From an uncultured delta proteobacterium (GTDB lineage: Bacteria; Desulfobacterota; Desulfobacteria; Desulfobacterales; JAHEIW01), in the NCBI GenBank assembly GCA_963706575.1, contig CAVPNL010000006.1, positions 608,001-672,000 of the forward strand: a stretch of 64,000 nt of DNA, written 5' to 3'. Positions 50,398 to 60,677 of the stretch are shown here, piece after piece (within the stretch, counting starts at the first letter, position 1; each line of letters begins with the position of its first letter). The translations under genes and the position numbers were made by a program. The notes below the pieces were generated by a model. It was not told where the DNA came from. It saw only the letters and a program-made list of their open reading frames with translations, and ran no database searches.

Positions 50398-50411
50398 GTC
50401 AGGCGATAGCC

Positions 50412-52838
50412 TTATTGCGGCTTTAAGGTCAGGGTGTGGCGGGTGTGTTCTTTAATTGCTTTGTCGCTGAACCACCAGTAAACTTTTTCACCATTCATGT
50501 AAGGCTCAATCTGATCGGTGGTGTGGGGGTCGAACTGGCGCCCGGACACCCCGCCGGGCAGCACCGCCAGGATTTTGTGGGGATCAGCCAGATCCACCAC
50601 CATCCTCAGGGAGGCGGAGACTTTGACTTTAAAAGGCCGGTTGAATTCATATATCCCACGGTAAAGGGTTTCTCCGGAGCCTGCTGCCGGATGGCTGCCG
50701 CCGCCCAGCCATTCCTTGCCGGCGCCTGATCGTCTGATAGGGCTCAAGAATTCATGGCGGTGCACTTTTCCCCATTGCCATTTTGTTGGATTGTCTCCCA
50801 AACTCGTGCGCATATATTTAATCGCATTCAATCCGGCCTGATGAAAGAGGTCATCCCGGGTTTCCTCGCGGCCACTGGTTTTGATATTGTCAAACCAGGA
50901 AGATTTGTCTTCGAGCACCATTTTCTGAAGCCGCTCCTGCCAGAAATACCAGTTGTTGAGCATTGTAATTGCCAGCTCTTCACCCAGGTCATCAGCGTAA
51001 ACCAGCAGCGCGAACTCGCGGTATACAGATTGGAACACCACCGGGGCAGTTTTGTCGGGATGGTCGCTGAAATCCCATTCAGCGAGGATTTGGCCCATGG
51101 TTTTTGTGTCTTCATGCGCCAGGAGCGCCCGGGCTATGATCGGTGAAATTTGCCTGGCCATGAGGTTGACCGTATCACGCTGGAAGCCCCAATGGTCCGC
51201 CACTGGTTTTTTGCCGGGAGCATCCATCAGCTCGCTGAGCCGTCGATAACGATAGGAAGGCGAAGCATGGGTGGTATAGTGATAGGGGTAATCCCGCTTG
51301 ACAGTCAGGTGGTTGCAGGTGCCGATCCAGCCGCGGGCCGGATTGACGGTGTGAGGCATGTCCTCCCACGGTATCCAGCCGGTCCAGTTATCTTTGGCGT
51401 CTTTGACGACATAGGGTACGAGGCTTTCACCCTGGGTGCGAACAGGGAGTTTGCCCGTGGGCTGCCAGCCGATGTTTCCCCGGGAATCGGCGAAAACAAA
51501 ATTCAAGGCGATTTGATTGACATCTTTAAGGGCGCGGCGGATTCCCGAAACTGTGCGGCACTCGATTAATCGTTCAAACCCGACCGAGGGCGCCATGGCT
51601 TCAAAACTCGACCAGCGCATGGATATCACTTTGTCTGTTTTCAATCCGGGCATAATACCGGAGATCACCGGTCCCCTGCGGGTCAGCCGGATTTGTATTT
51701 TCTCTTTGCGAAACCCGCCGGTAGCTGTTTTGTCTTTGATTTTCAAGTTTTCTTCGATGATCTCGAATGGTATGGATTTATCGCCTTCGAGGTAGTTGCC
51801 GGGTTCGTTCGGATCTACCGTTTCGATATAAAGGTCCTGGGTGTCGCCGTAGGAATTGGTCACGCCCACCGCAATATGTTCGGTCCGACCGACCGCCATT
51901 CCGCCGATGCCGGGAACCGTGACGCCGACCGCACGGATATGCGGCGTGATTAAACCGCAGGGGTACCAAATGCCCGGCACTAATGTCGTCTCCAGGTGGA
52001 CATCATTTGCCACAATAGGTTTGCCGGCCGGCGAAAGACGCGAGCCTCCGACCCAGTTATTGCTTCCAATTTTCAAAGGGCCGGTTTCTAAATACGAAAG
52101 AAGGTTTTCATCAAGTGCAGTGCCCAACCGGATAGCTTGAATAGATGGGTTGCTTGAATCCGTTGTTTGTGAGGGCTCATCGTCCGGGTTGATGTTTAGC
52201 GGAAAAATTTCGGCCGCCTTAGCCGGTCCCAGTTTTTCGACCAGCATCTGGGCAATGATTTCAGAGCTGATGTTACCCGCGCTGTTCCACCCCATGTAAT
52301 ATAAAATCATCAGGGAATCTGCGCTGTTCCAGGATGAAGGTCTTATCCCGGCCAGCTTGAACTCCAGATGGACGTTTTGCGGTCGGGTCTCGATAAAGGT
52401 ATTGATGCCGTCCACGTATTTCTGCATTAAAGCTCGCGTTTTATCATCGAGCAATTCGACATGCTTTCTGGCGTTGCGGTGGAAGCCCAGGGTTCTCATT
52501 TTGATGTCCAGGTCCCTGGCTTTTTCCCCGGCCAGCTCGGCAATACGGCCGGATGCAAAAAGCTTGGTCAGTTCCATTTGAAAAAGCCGGTCCTGAGCGG
52601 TCACAAATCCCTGGGCCAGCCACAGGTCCTCCATATTTTGGGCATAAATGAAGGCCATGCCTTTTTCATCACGATGGACGGTGACGGGTGCCTTAAGACC
52701 CGTTAGGGCTAAATTTCCTTTTTTGGTGTATGTGTTTAACGGCGAAGCACCGAAGGGATTGATGATGACGGCAACGGCAATAATGGCTGCAATAATTAGA
52801 ATTAAAACCAATCCGATAAATCTTTTTAACCACTTCAT
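50412..52838 (-). CDS. Penicillin acylase (S45 Ntn-hydrolase) family protein
   Basis: AQDRLFQM, catalytic GSNNW, ANDVHL, NFVFAD, WQWGKVH, PGGVSG. Confidence 0.92.
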   Translation of the reverse strand: MKWLKRFIGLVLILIIAAIIAVAVIINPFGASPLNTYTKKGNLALTGLKAPVTVHRDEKGMAFIYAQNMEDLWLAQGFVTAQDRLFQMELTKLFASGRIAELAGEKARDLDIKMRTLGFHRNARKHVELLDDKTRALMQKYVDGINTFIETRPQNVHLEFKLAGIRPSSWNSADSLMILYYMGWNSAGNISSEIIAQMLVEKLGPAKAAEIFPLNINPDDEPSQTTDSSNPSIQAIRLGTALDENLLSYLETGPLKIGSNNWVGGSRLSPAGKPIVANDVHLETTLVPGIWYPCGLITPHIRAVGVTVPGIGGMAVGRTEHIAVGVTNSYGDTQDLYIETVDPNEPGNYLEGDKSIPFEIIEENLKIKDKTATGGFRKEKIQIRLTRRGPVISGIMPGLKTDKVISMRWSSFEAMAPSVGFERLIECRTVSGIRRALKDVNQIALNFVFADSRGNIGWQPTGKLPVRTQGESLVPYVVKDAKDNWTGWIPWEDMPHTVNPARGWIGTCNHLTVKRDYPYHYTTHASPSYRYRRLSELMDAPGKKPVADHWGFQRDTVNLMARQISPIIARALLAHEDTKTMGQILAEWDFSDHPDKTAPVVFQSVYREFALLVYADDLGEELAITMLNNWYFWQERLQKMVLEDKSSWFDNIKTSGREETRDDLFHQAGLNAIKYMRTSLGDNPTKWQWGKVHRHEFLSPIRRSGAGKEWLGGGSHPAAGSGETLYRGIYEFNRPFKVKVSASLRMVVDLADPHKILAVLPGGVSGRQFDPHTTDQIEPYMNGEKVYWWFSDKAIKEHTRHTLTLKPQ

Positions 52839-53039
52839 ACCCGGCCTCCGCTGGTGACAATTCGGTGTCTGTACATCAATGGCAAATGGAAAGTGTTAGA
52901 TTTAATAAATCTTCATATTGAACATTGTCAAATAATTTTCTAACCTTATATTAATTAATATTTTTTTTCACGTTAATCTAAAGTTTAATCGCTTCGGAAA
53001 ATTTCTTTTTCTAAAAAGCATCGAACGAATAAGGGTTTT

Positions 53040-54296
53040 GTGATGGCGCCTGAAAAGGGCATGATCGTCTTGATGGGCTCCGGTGAGCTGACCGCCACCA
53101 TGGTCGAGGTTCACAAAGAATTGCTGCGGCAGTTCGGGGCGGCGGCCAAAGCTGTTTTTTTAGATACGCCGGCCGGTTTTCAGCTCAACGTCGACCAGAT
53201 TTCCCAGAAAGCCCGGGAGTATTTTCAGACCCATATCGGGCAAAGCCTTGCGATTGCGTCTTTTAAGTCCAATGATACCATTTCCCCTTTTGAAGCCGAG
53301 CAGGCCCTTCAAACGCTGCGGAATGCCGATTTTGTCTTAATCGGTCCCGGCAGCCCAACTTATGCGGTGCAGCAGTGGCAGCAATCCGCCATACCGCAAA
53401 TCCTTACCGGCCGCATCAGGGAAGGCGGGTGCCTGGTGGCCGCCAGCGCCGCCGCTTTGACCGTCGGCCGCTTTACCCTTCCGGTCTATGAGATTTACAA
53501 GGTCGGTCAGGATTTACACTGGGTCGATGGAATGGATATCCTCAAGGATTTCGGTTTCAACCTTGTCGTGATACCGCATTGGAATAACGCCGAGGGCGGC
53601 ACGCATGATACCCGCTTTTGTTTTATGGGTGAACCGCGCTTCGGGCAACTGGTCTCCTTGCTGCCGGAAGATGTTACCGTTTTGGGCTTGGATGAGCACA
53701 CCGCCTGCATATTAGATTTTGAAAACGACGAAGCCGTCATCAAAGGCATCGGCCAGGTCACCCTGCAACACGCAGGACACCAGATCGTTTTTAAAACCGG
53801 CGACCGGTTTTCACTTGATGTGCTTCGCGGCAAAGATCGGGGTGGGAATTGGCAGCCGACATCCCTGGTGCCGGAAGTTTCAGAAACGGATTCAGCGGTG
53901 GAGGCAGACGCATTCTGGGATCAAATCCACCGGCTTGAGACTGTTTTTTATGAAGGGCTTGAGACCCACGCAGCCCGCAAAACCACCAATGCCTTGCTGG
54001 AACTGGATCGGATGATCTGGAAGGCGCAGCAGGATTTGGAAAACGAGGAATTTATCATCCAGGCGCGCGACACCCTGCGGGAGCTGATTGCGGTATTGGG
54101 CACCCGGCTGGCTGCCGCGCCGCTCAGTGAAACCGATTGTCTGGCGCCGCTCGTCCAGCAGTTGCTGGGTGTGAGAGAAAACTTTAGGCAGCAAAAACAA
54201 TTCGAAGAAGCCGATGCCATCCGGGACAGCCTGCAGCGCGCAAACATTATCATAGAGGACACCGAAACAGGATCCCGCTGGCGACTGGGGTCTTAA
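53040..54296 (+). CDS. Peptidase S51/cyanophycinase-like domain fused to a CysRS C-terminal anticodon-binding-like domain
   Basis: LMGSGE, GPGSP, AASAAA (Ser), IPHW (His), GLDE (Glu); C-terminus R..FRQQKQFEEADAIRDSL...IEDT..GSRW. Confidence 0.75.
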   Translation: MMAPEKGMIVLMGSGELTATMVEVHKELLRQFGAAAKAVFLDTPAGFQLNVDQISQKAREYFQTHIGQSLAIASFKSNDTISPFEAEQALQTLRNADFVLIGPGSPTYAVQQWQQSAIPQILTGRIREGGCLVAASAAALTVGRFTLPVYEIYKVGQDLHWVDGMDILKDFGFNLVVIPHWNNAEGGTHDTRFCFMGEPRFGQLVSLLPEDVTVLGLDEHTACILDFENDEAVIKGIGQVTLQHAGHQIVFKTGDRFSLDVLRGKDRGGNWQPTSLVPEVSETDSAVEADAFWDQIHRLETVFYEGLETHAARKTTNALLELDRMIWKAQQDLENEEFIIQARDTLRELIAVLGTRLAAAPLSETDCLAPLVQQLLGVRENFRQQKQFEEADAIRDSLQRANIIIEDTETGSRWRLGS

Positions 54297-54299
54297 ATA

Positions 54300-54542
54300 A
54301 GGGTTCAGAGGTTCAGGGTTCAAGGGTTCAGAGGTTGGTTAATAGAAAACAGAGGTCAGAGGACAGATGACAGATGGAAACCGGAGAGAAGGGCGGCCCT
54401 GTGCCCGGCGCGGCGAAGTCTCAGGCGAAGACCGGTGGCCGCCGGTTAGGTCGGCACAGAGGCCGACCCTACTTTTTGTCATTATCTAACCTCTGAACCC
54501 AGAACCCGGAACCCGGGAACTGACACCTGAACACTGAAACCG
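54300..54542. repeat. Inverted heptamer-repeat arms flanking GC hairpins
   Basis: (GGTTCAG)n left arm and (GAACC/CTGAAC)n right arm; gtcggcacagaggccgac hairpin inside. Confidence 0.65.
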
Positions 54543-54565
54543 CATTCACAAAGTCCGGAGAATTA

Positions 54566-56224
54566 ATGACGATGTTTACCCATCCCCCTTTATCGATTCT
54601 GGCCATTGCAGCGGAACACCATCCGGAGCTGCTTTCTTTGTTTTCTTATCTTCGATCCATTTCTCACCTCGAACTCAGTGTCAACTGCGAAATTCCAGCG
54701 GACTTAAGGCCCTATGATGTCATTATTACCGCCGACACCGCCGGTTTTGACGAAGGCGGCGATCATCTTAGCCGGTTTGTTGACAACGGCGGCGGCTGGC
54801 TGGGACTGGTTCAAGTATCCGATAAACCATTGCCCGAAATTTTCGGGGCTCAAACCGGCCAGATTGGACCGGCGGCTGAATTGCGCGTGATGTTTGTTGA
54901 TCCAAATCATGGCATGGCCAAACGTTTGCCCGGCGCCCTGTATCTTAACAGCATTTACCAACCCCTGGCGCAGCAGGCGGATGGCGCCGAGCCGATCTTG
55001 TATGCCGACTGGCATTATAACCATAGCCCGATGTTGCTTGCGCGCACGGTCGGAGAAGGAAAAGTCGCCTGCACAACGCTTCAAGCTTATAATGAACCCG
55101 CTTTTCAGCAAGTTCTCTATCGCCTCCTGCGCTACCTGGCGGGCTACAATGATGGCCATCATTCGCTGGGTGTCGGACTATTAGGTTATGCGCCGTCAGT
55201 CGGCAAAATACATGGTTTAGGCGTCCAGGTGACCCCCGGATTGGAATTAAAGGCCGCCTGTGACCTGAACTCTGAACGCCTGCAGCAGGCCGGGCAGGAT
55301 TTTCCGGATCTGAAAACTTACCAGTCGGTGGATGCATTCGCTGACGACCCCGGCATCGACCTGGTGATCATTGCCACCCCGCCGAATTCCCATGCCAGGC
55401 TTGGCATTCAAATGATGGCCGCCGGCAAGCACGTGGTCTGTGAGAAACCACTGGCGATATCCCAACAAGAAACCGCTACCATGATCGAGATGGCCGAAAA
55501 GCAGAGGGTCCATTTGAGCTGTCATCAAAACCGGCGCTGGGATGTCGACTACCTGGCCATTAAGCAGGCTCTGGCTGAAGGGTCCATCGGGGATCTGTTT
55601 TATATGGAAACCTTTGTGGGCGGCTTCAGCCATCCCTGCGGATACTGGCATTCCCACGACGAAATTTCGGGCGGCCTGGCTTATGACTGGGGAGGACATT
55701 ACCTGGATTGGATCGTGGGGCTGATTCCCGAGCGTATCCAAACGGTCATCTGCACCCGTCATAAGCGAGTCTGGCATGATGTCACCAATGCGGACCAGGA
55801 ACGGATCCAGATCCGATTTACCGGCGGTCAGGAAGCTGAATTTATTCATTCCGATATCGCGGCAGTGCGCAAACCCAAATGGTATTTACTCGGAACCGAC
55901 GGGGCAATCATCGGTTACTGGAAAGATGTGGTCGAATACGAGATGGATCCGGTGGTCTATTTTGAGCAACACGATATTCCCGCAACCGAGATGCCGGCTG
56001 ATTTAACATTGCAGCGGCGGCACCCTTCGGGTCAAATCGTGGCCCAAAAACTTGCTGTTCCCGAAAGAAAGCATTATCTTTTCCATCAAAACATCGCCGA
56101 CCATCTGCTGACCGGAGAGCCGATTGTCGCGCCGCTGGAACATTCAGTTCGTGTGGTGGCAATTTTAGAAACAGCCGCCAAATCAGCTGCCAACGGCGGG
56201 ACGATGGAGGTGCTGGATGACTGA
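54566..56224 (+). CDS. ThuA-like domain + Gfo/Idh/MocA oxidoreductase
   Basis: N-terminal FVDNGGGWLGL...VGEGKV; C-terminal DLVIIATPPNSH, VCEKP, HQNRRWD, GGLAYDWGGH. Confidence 0.8.
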   Translation: MTMFTHPPLSILAIAAEHHPELLSLFSYLRSISHLELSVNCEIPADLRPYDVIITADTAGFDEGGDHLSRFVDNGGGWLGLVQVSDKPLPEIFGAQTGQIGPAAELRVMFVDPNHGMAKRLPGALYLNSIYQPLAQQADGAEPILYADWHYNHSPMLLARTVGEGKVACTTLQAYNEPAFQQVLYRLLRYLAGYNDGHHSLGVGLLGYAPSVGKIHGLGVQVTPGLELKAACDLNSERLQQAGQDFPDLKTYQSVDAFADDPGIDLVIIATPPNSHARLGIQMMAAGKHVVCEKPLAISQQETATMIEMAEKQRVHLSCHQNRRWDVDYLAIKQALAEGSIGDLFYMETFVGGFSHPCGYWHSHDEISGGLAYDWGGHYLDWIVGLIPERIQTVICTRHKRVWHDVTNADQERIQIRFTGGQEAEFIHSDIAAVRKPKWYLLGTDGAIIGYWKDVVEYEMDPVVYFEQHDIPATEMPADLTLQRRHPSGQIVAQKLAVPERKHYLFHQNIADHLLTGEPIVAPLEHSVRVVAILETAAKSAANGGTMEVLDD

Positions 56225-57228
56225 GGCGATCAGATGGGGCGTGATGGGAAATGCAACTATTGCCCGGGTGTGTGTGATTCCCGCGATCCAGAAATCGTGT
56301 AACGGAAGCGTTCACGCGCTGGCAACACGCTCCCCCGTGCGGGCGCAAGCGGTAGCGGCTGAGCATCAGATTGATCAGGTTTATAACAGCTACGATGCCC
56401 TGCTGGGTGATCCGGCAATAGATGTGATTTATATTGCGCTACCCAACCATCTTCACAGCCCCTGGACCGTAAAAGCGCTGAAGGCGGGTAAACACGTGTT
56501 GTGTGAAAAGCCTCTGGCGTGCACTGCAAAAGAGGCAATGGAAATGGCTTCGGTGGCTGAGGACTCCGGGCGGTACTTAATGGAGGCCTTTATGTATCGC
56601 TTTCATCCCCGCAGCCGGCGAATTAAACAGCTGATCGCTGAAGGCCACATCGGTGCCCCTTCTCTGGTCAGATCGGCTTTTTGTTTCCGAATGGGCGAAA
56701 AGGATCGGGCCAGTGAAAAAAACGCCCGTTTAAAACCGGAAATGGGCGGGGGCGCTTTGCTGGATGTCGGATGTTACAGTGTCAGTGTGGCGCGCTGGTT
56801 TCTGGGGGCTGAACCAACTCAGGTTCAGGCCCAGGCGCTTTTCCATCCGGGCGGAGTCGATATCCACATGGTCGGCACACTGGGGTTTGGTGACATTGCT
56901 CTGGCGACATTTGAGGCCAGCTTTATTTCCGCTTTGCAGCAAACATACAGCATCGCGGGCGCTGACGGTGTGATTGAACTGCCCCACAATGCATTTGTAC
57001 CCTGGGAAAATGATGCCGCCTTTTTACTCAGGGGGCAGAGATGAGGAAGAGGGGCAACAACACGTTATACCGGGGGCAGATGAATATCAGCTTATGGTGG
57101 AGCATTTTGCGGATGTGGTGCTGGGAAATGCGGATTTAATGTATCCGCTGTCCGACAGTATCGGAAATATGCGGGTGCTCGATGCCCTGGCGCAGGCAGC
57201 TCGGACGGGGGAAACAGTCAGATTATAA
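56217..57228 (+). CDS. Gfo/Idh/MocA oxidoreductase; one frameshift in a G run near 57032
   Basis: RWGVMG, YIALPNHLH, LCEKP, EAFMYRFHP, GGGALLDVGCY; C-terminus continues in ORF 56974-57228. Confidence 0.85.
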
Positions 57229-57239
57229 AAGGTTTCAAG

Positions 57240-57420
57240 TGTCGTGTGTCAGTCAACTGGTTAATAGGTTCAACATTCAATCTATACGGACTTGTTAGAT
57301 TTGTTTTATTTGTCTTATTGGTTGAATTGGTTGGTTAAAACCGAACGAATTGAACAAATTAAACCAATAAAACCAATTAAACAGATGGAACGTCTGCCAG
57401 CTGACTGACAGCTGAAACCT
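57240..57420. repeat. Low-complexity inverted short-unit repeats
   Basis: ttggtt/aaccaa-type units in opposing orientation. Confidence 0.5.
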
Positions 57421-57424
57421 GGAC

Positions 57425-58435
57425 TTGGACGCCGAGATGTTAATGAAAGTGAACCCTGAATACACCGTAACGCTAGAGACCTTTGATTCGATCACTTCTT
57501 ACTGGCTGGACCCCCAGCACAACCTGGAGTGGGATTGCCTGTTTGTGGTGCCCGGCTGGTTAAAGGTATGGTGGGATAAATTCGCCGGTGATCAGCTTGC
57601 CCATCTGTGCGCGGTGCGGCACCAAGATGAGCTGATCGGAATTGCGCCGTTAATGGTTCAGGGAAAAACAGCCCGCCTTATGGGTGATCCGGATGTGTGT
57701 GATTTTTTGGATGTGATTACGGCTCCCGGAAGGGCAAGGGCGTTTTTTCAAAATCTGATCCCCTACATTCAAAAACAGGGGGTCACCCACCTGGATTTCG
57801 GGGCGGTGCGTGCAGATTCAATTGTGTTTAGAGACCTAGTTGCGGTTGCGAAAGATTTGAGTTATGAAACTATCTGCGATCCGGAAGATGTTACCATGGT
57901 ATTGGATCTGCCCGCCAGCTGGGATGATTTTTTGAATCAATTGACGGGAAAAGAGCGCCATGAGATAAGACGTAAGCTCCGGCGACTCAACGAAGCGGCG
58001 CAGGTCAATTTTCGGGTCGTCGAAAACCCGGATGGTGTCGCTAAGGAGATCGACACATTTTTAGCGCTTTTTAAGCTGAATCGATCGGACAAATCCGAAT
58101 TTATGCACGATCAACGCGCTGCATTTTTCCGCGCCCTGGCCGTGGAAATGGCTGCCGCTGGCATTTTAAAGCTCTTTTTTCTAGATCTAGATGATGTGCC
58201 GGCCGCTGCCGTCATGTGTTTCGATTACGGTTCGACCCTATATCTCTATAATAATGGCTATGACATTCGACATAAATCCCTAAGTGTCGGATTGCTCAGC
58301 AAGGTTTTTTCAATAAAAGAAAGCATTCAGAGAGGCAAAACCCGGTATGATTTTCTCAAAGGCCCCGAGCCCTATAAACGACGGCTCGGGGGCAAACCGG
58401 TTCAGCTATACAGATGCCGTATTCACCTCGGGTAA
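57425..58435 (+). CDS. GNAT family protein, CelD/BcsL (Acetyltransf_6) type
   Basis: LIGIAPL, LDLPASWDDFL, RRKLRRL, YNNGYD, SVGLL, YDFLKGPEPYK. Confidence 0.85.
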   Translation: MDAEMLMKVNPEYTVTLETFDSITSYWLDPQHNLEWDCLFVVPGWLKVWWDKFAGDQLAHLCAVRHQDELIGIAPLMVQGKTARLMGDPDVCDFLDVITAPGRARAFFQNLIPYIQKQGVTHLDFGAVRADSIVFRDLVAVAKDLSYETICDPEDVTMVLDLPASWDDFLNQLTGKERHEIRRKLRRLNEAAQVNFRVVENPDGVAKEIDTFLALFKLNRSDKSEFMHDQRAAFFRALAVEMAAAGILKLFFLDLDDVPAAAVMCFDYGSTLYLYNNGYDIRHKSLSVGLLSKVFSIKESIQRGKTRYDFLKGPEPYKRRLGGKPVQLYRCRIHLG

Positions 58436-58489
58436 GGCGCATCTTATACATTTGACTCCATCTGCGCGCGATAACGGGAGGATCAACAT

Positions 58490-59755
58490 TTGAAATCAGA
58501 TCAGTTACGAATTGCGATGTTCAGCATCCATTCGAGCCCGATTGGTGAACTGGGAACTAAAAATACAGGGGGTATGAGTGTCTATATCCGCGAACTCGCC
58601 CGTCATCTCGGTGAGTTCGGCCACCGGGTTGATATATACACCAGACTGAATGGAACCAAACATAATCAGATCATCGAGTTGTACGATAATGTGCGCCTAA
58701 TTCATTTGAGCGCCGGCAACAACGGCTATGTCCAAAAACTGGCGCTTTATTACTATCTCACTGATTTTTTCAGAGCACTCGAAGGATTTAAAAATCAGGA
58801 AGGCCTGGATTACGACCTGATTCACAGCCATTACTGGTTATCCGGGCGTCTGGGGAGCCGGGTTCAGGATCGCTGGAACATCCCCCATATCGTCATGTTT
58901 CACACCCTGGGAACCGTAAAAAACAGTGCCGGTCTGGCAGACCGCGAGCCGGATCTTCGCATCGCCACCGAAAAGAAATTGGCCCGAACCTGTCAGCGAA
59001 TCCTGGCCCCCACCGACAGGGAAAAAGAAAACCTGTTAAAATACTGCCATACACCTGCCGAAAAAATCGGTGTTGTGCCCTGCGGCGTTAATCTGGATCT
59101 ATTCCGGCCCATGGACAAGGTCGCCGCCAGGCAGCGTTTGGGATTTAAAGAAGATGAATCCATCGTGTTGTATGTCGGCAGATTCGACCCGATCAAGGGG
59201 ATCGACAGGCTGCTGGAAGCCATGGCCCATCTGAAACACCTCAAGCGGACGCGGCTGGTCATCGTCGGTGGTGATGACCCCGGTACACCCGAATATCAGA
59301 ACCTGCGACAGTTATCCGTTAAATTCGGTATTCAGAAATCCGTGCACTTTGTCGGCCGGGTAGAGCAGAACCAATTGCCGCCGTATTACAGCGCTGCGGA
59401 TGCCCTGGTTGTTCCCTCCTATTATGAAAGCTTTGGACTGGTGGGGCTTGAATCACTGGCCTGCGGGACTCCGGTTGTGTCAACCCGGGTGGGTGCCATG
59501 GAGGATGTTCTTGTGGATGGTAAAACCGGCTATGTGGTGGTCGATGCAACTCCCCGCGGGCTGGCCAACAGTATCGAAAAGATCATCTCAAACTCAGCGG
59601 GCTCATTGTTGTCCGCCCATGACATTCGTGGTTCGGTTCTTAAATACGGATGGTCGAATGTCTCGGCGGCGGTTTTTAACGAATATGAAACGATGCTAAG
59701 GGATTCGCTGTCTGAGCCTGCACGGAAGCTCTCCGCTTCCGGGTCTTCGCTCTAA
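58490..59755 (+). CDS. GT4 glycosyltransferase, MshA (D-inositol-3-phosphate glycosyltransferase)-like
   Basis: HSSP...GGMSVY, DIYTR, DLIHSHYWLSG, FHTLG, VGRFDPIKG, PSYYESFGLV. Confidence 0.85.
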   Translation: MKSDQLRIAMFSIHSSPIGELGTKNTGGMSVYIRELARHLGEFGHRVDIYTRLNGTKHNQIIELYDNVRLIHLSAGNNGYVQKLALYYYLTDFFRALEGFKNQEGLDYDLIHSHYWLSGRLGSRVQDRWNIPHIVMFHTLGTVKNSAGLADREPDLRIATEKKLARTCQRILAPTDREKENLLKYCHTPAEKIGVVPCGVNLDLFRPMDKVAARQRLGFKEDESIVLYVGRFDPIKGIDRLLEAMAHLKHLKRTRLVIVGGDDPGTPEYQNLRQLSVKFGIQKSVHFVGRVEQNQLPPYYSAADALVVPSYYESFGLVGLESLACGTPVVSTRVGAMEDVLVDGKTGYVVVDATPRGLANSIEKIISNSAGSLLSAHDIRGSVLKYGWSNVSAAVFNEYETMLRDSLSEPARKLSASGSSL

Positions 59756-59765
59756 AAAATTTGCC

Positions 59766-60677
59766 ATGTTAACCACTGAAACGGCCTCGAGTCCTGAGCC
59801 GACCGAACAATTTTTGGAGTTACCGGACGGACGGATCCACTACCTGGATTGGGGCGGCGACGGTGTCCCAACGCATTTTCTGCATGGTAACGGATTTTGT
59901 GCGGGGACCTATACACCGTTTATCCAATATCTTGTCGATGATCTTCATATCCTGGCCAGCGATGTGCGCGGTCACGGGGGCTCGGATCAGCCCATGGTCA
60001 AACGCGTCCGTCATTGGGACATTTTTGCAGAAGATTTGAAAATTCTCATCGAGCAAAAGATGTCTCCGCCGGTCATCGGCATCGGCCATTCGCTGGGCGC
60101 CGTCACAACATATATTGCGGCCGCCCAATACCCGCATTTTTTTTCCGGCATTGTTTTGATCGACCCGGTTATTTTGCCGCGCCGGCTGCTGTGGTTAATC
60201 GCAGCACTGAAACTGCTGGGGCTAAGGGGAAATTTACCATTAGCCAAAATGGCCAGGCGCCGACGGCGAATTTTTAAAGGCAAGCAAGAAGCTTTGAGGC
60301 TCTTTGCCGCCGGCCGGGGCATTTTTAAAAACTGGTCCAAAGAATTTGTGCAGGCGTATTTAGAATGCGGGCTTCTCGAAAAAGATGAAAAGACTGCGGT
60401 TTTAAAATGCGATCCGGAGCTCGAAGCCCAAATTTTTGAATCCATTCCGCTGAATGTCTGGCGATATGCGAAAAAAATAAAGTGTCCTGTACTGGCCATT
60501 CGCGGAGAATTATCCGATACCTTCTTTGCTGACGCGGCCCAGCGGCTGGGGGGCATCATTGCCGATTATGAGCTGCAGACCATTCCTGATACCGGACACT
60601 TCCCGCCGATGGAAAAACCGCAGGAAAGCGCCCGCCTTATTTTAGATTTTGTCCATCGAAAATTAAAATCAACCTGA
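59766..60677 (+). CDS. Alpha/beta hydrolase
   Basis: HGNG, DVRGHG, GHSLG nucleophile elbow, GHFPPME. Confidence 0.9.
   Translation: MLTTETASSPEPTEQFLELPDGRIHYLDWGGDGVPTHFLHGNGFCAGTYTPFIQYLVDDLHILASDVRGHGGSDQPMVKRVRHWDIFAEDLKILIEQKMSPPVIGIGHSLGAVTTYIAAAQYPHFFSGIVLIDPVILPRRLLWLIAALKLLGLRGNLPLAKMARRRRRIFKGKQEALRLFAAGRGIFKNWSKEFVQAYLECGLLEKDEKTAVLKCDPELEAQIFESIPLNVWRYAKKIKCPVLAIRGELSDTFFADAAQRLGGIIADYELQTIPDTGHFPPMEKPQESARLILDFVHRKLKST

Noticed and set aside
53040..54296. Calling this gene cysS or mshC
   Set aside because: Lacks the class I synthetase HIGH/KMSKS catalytic core.
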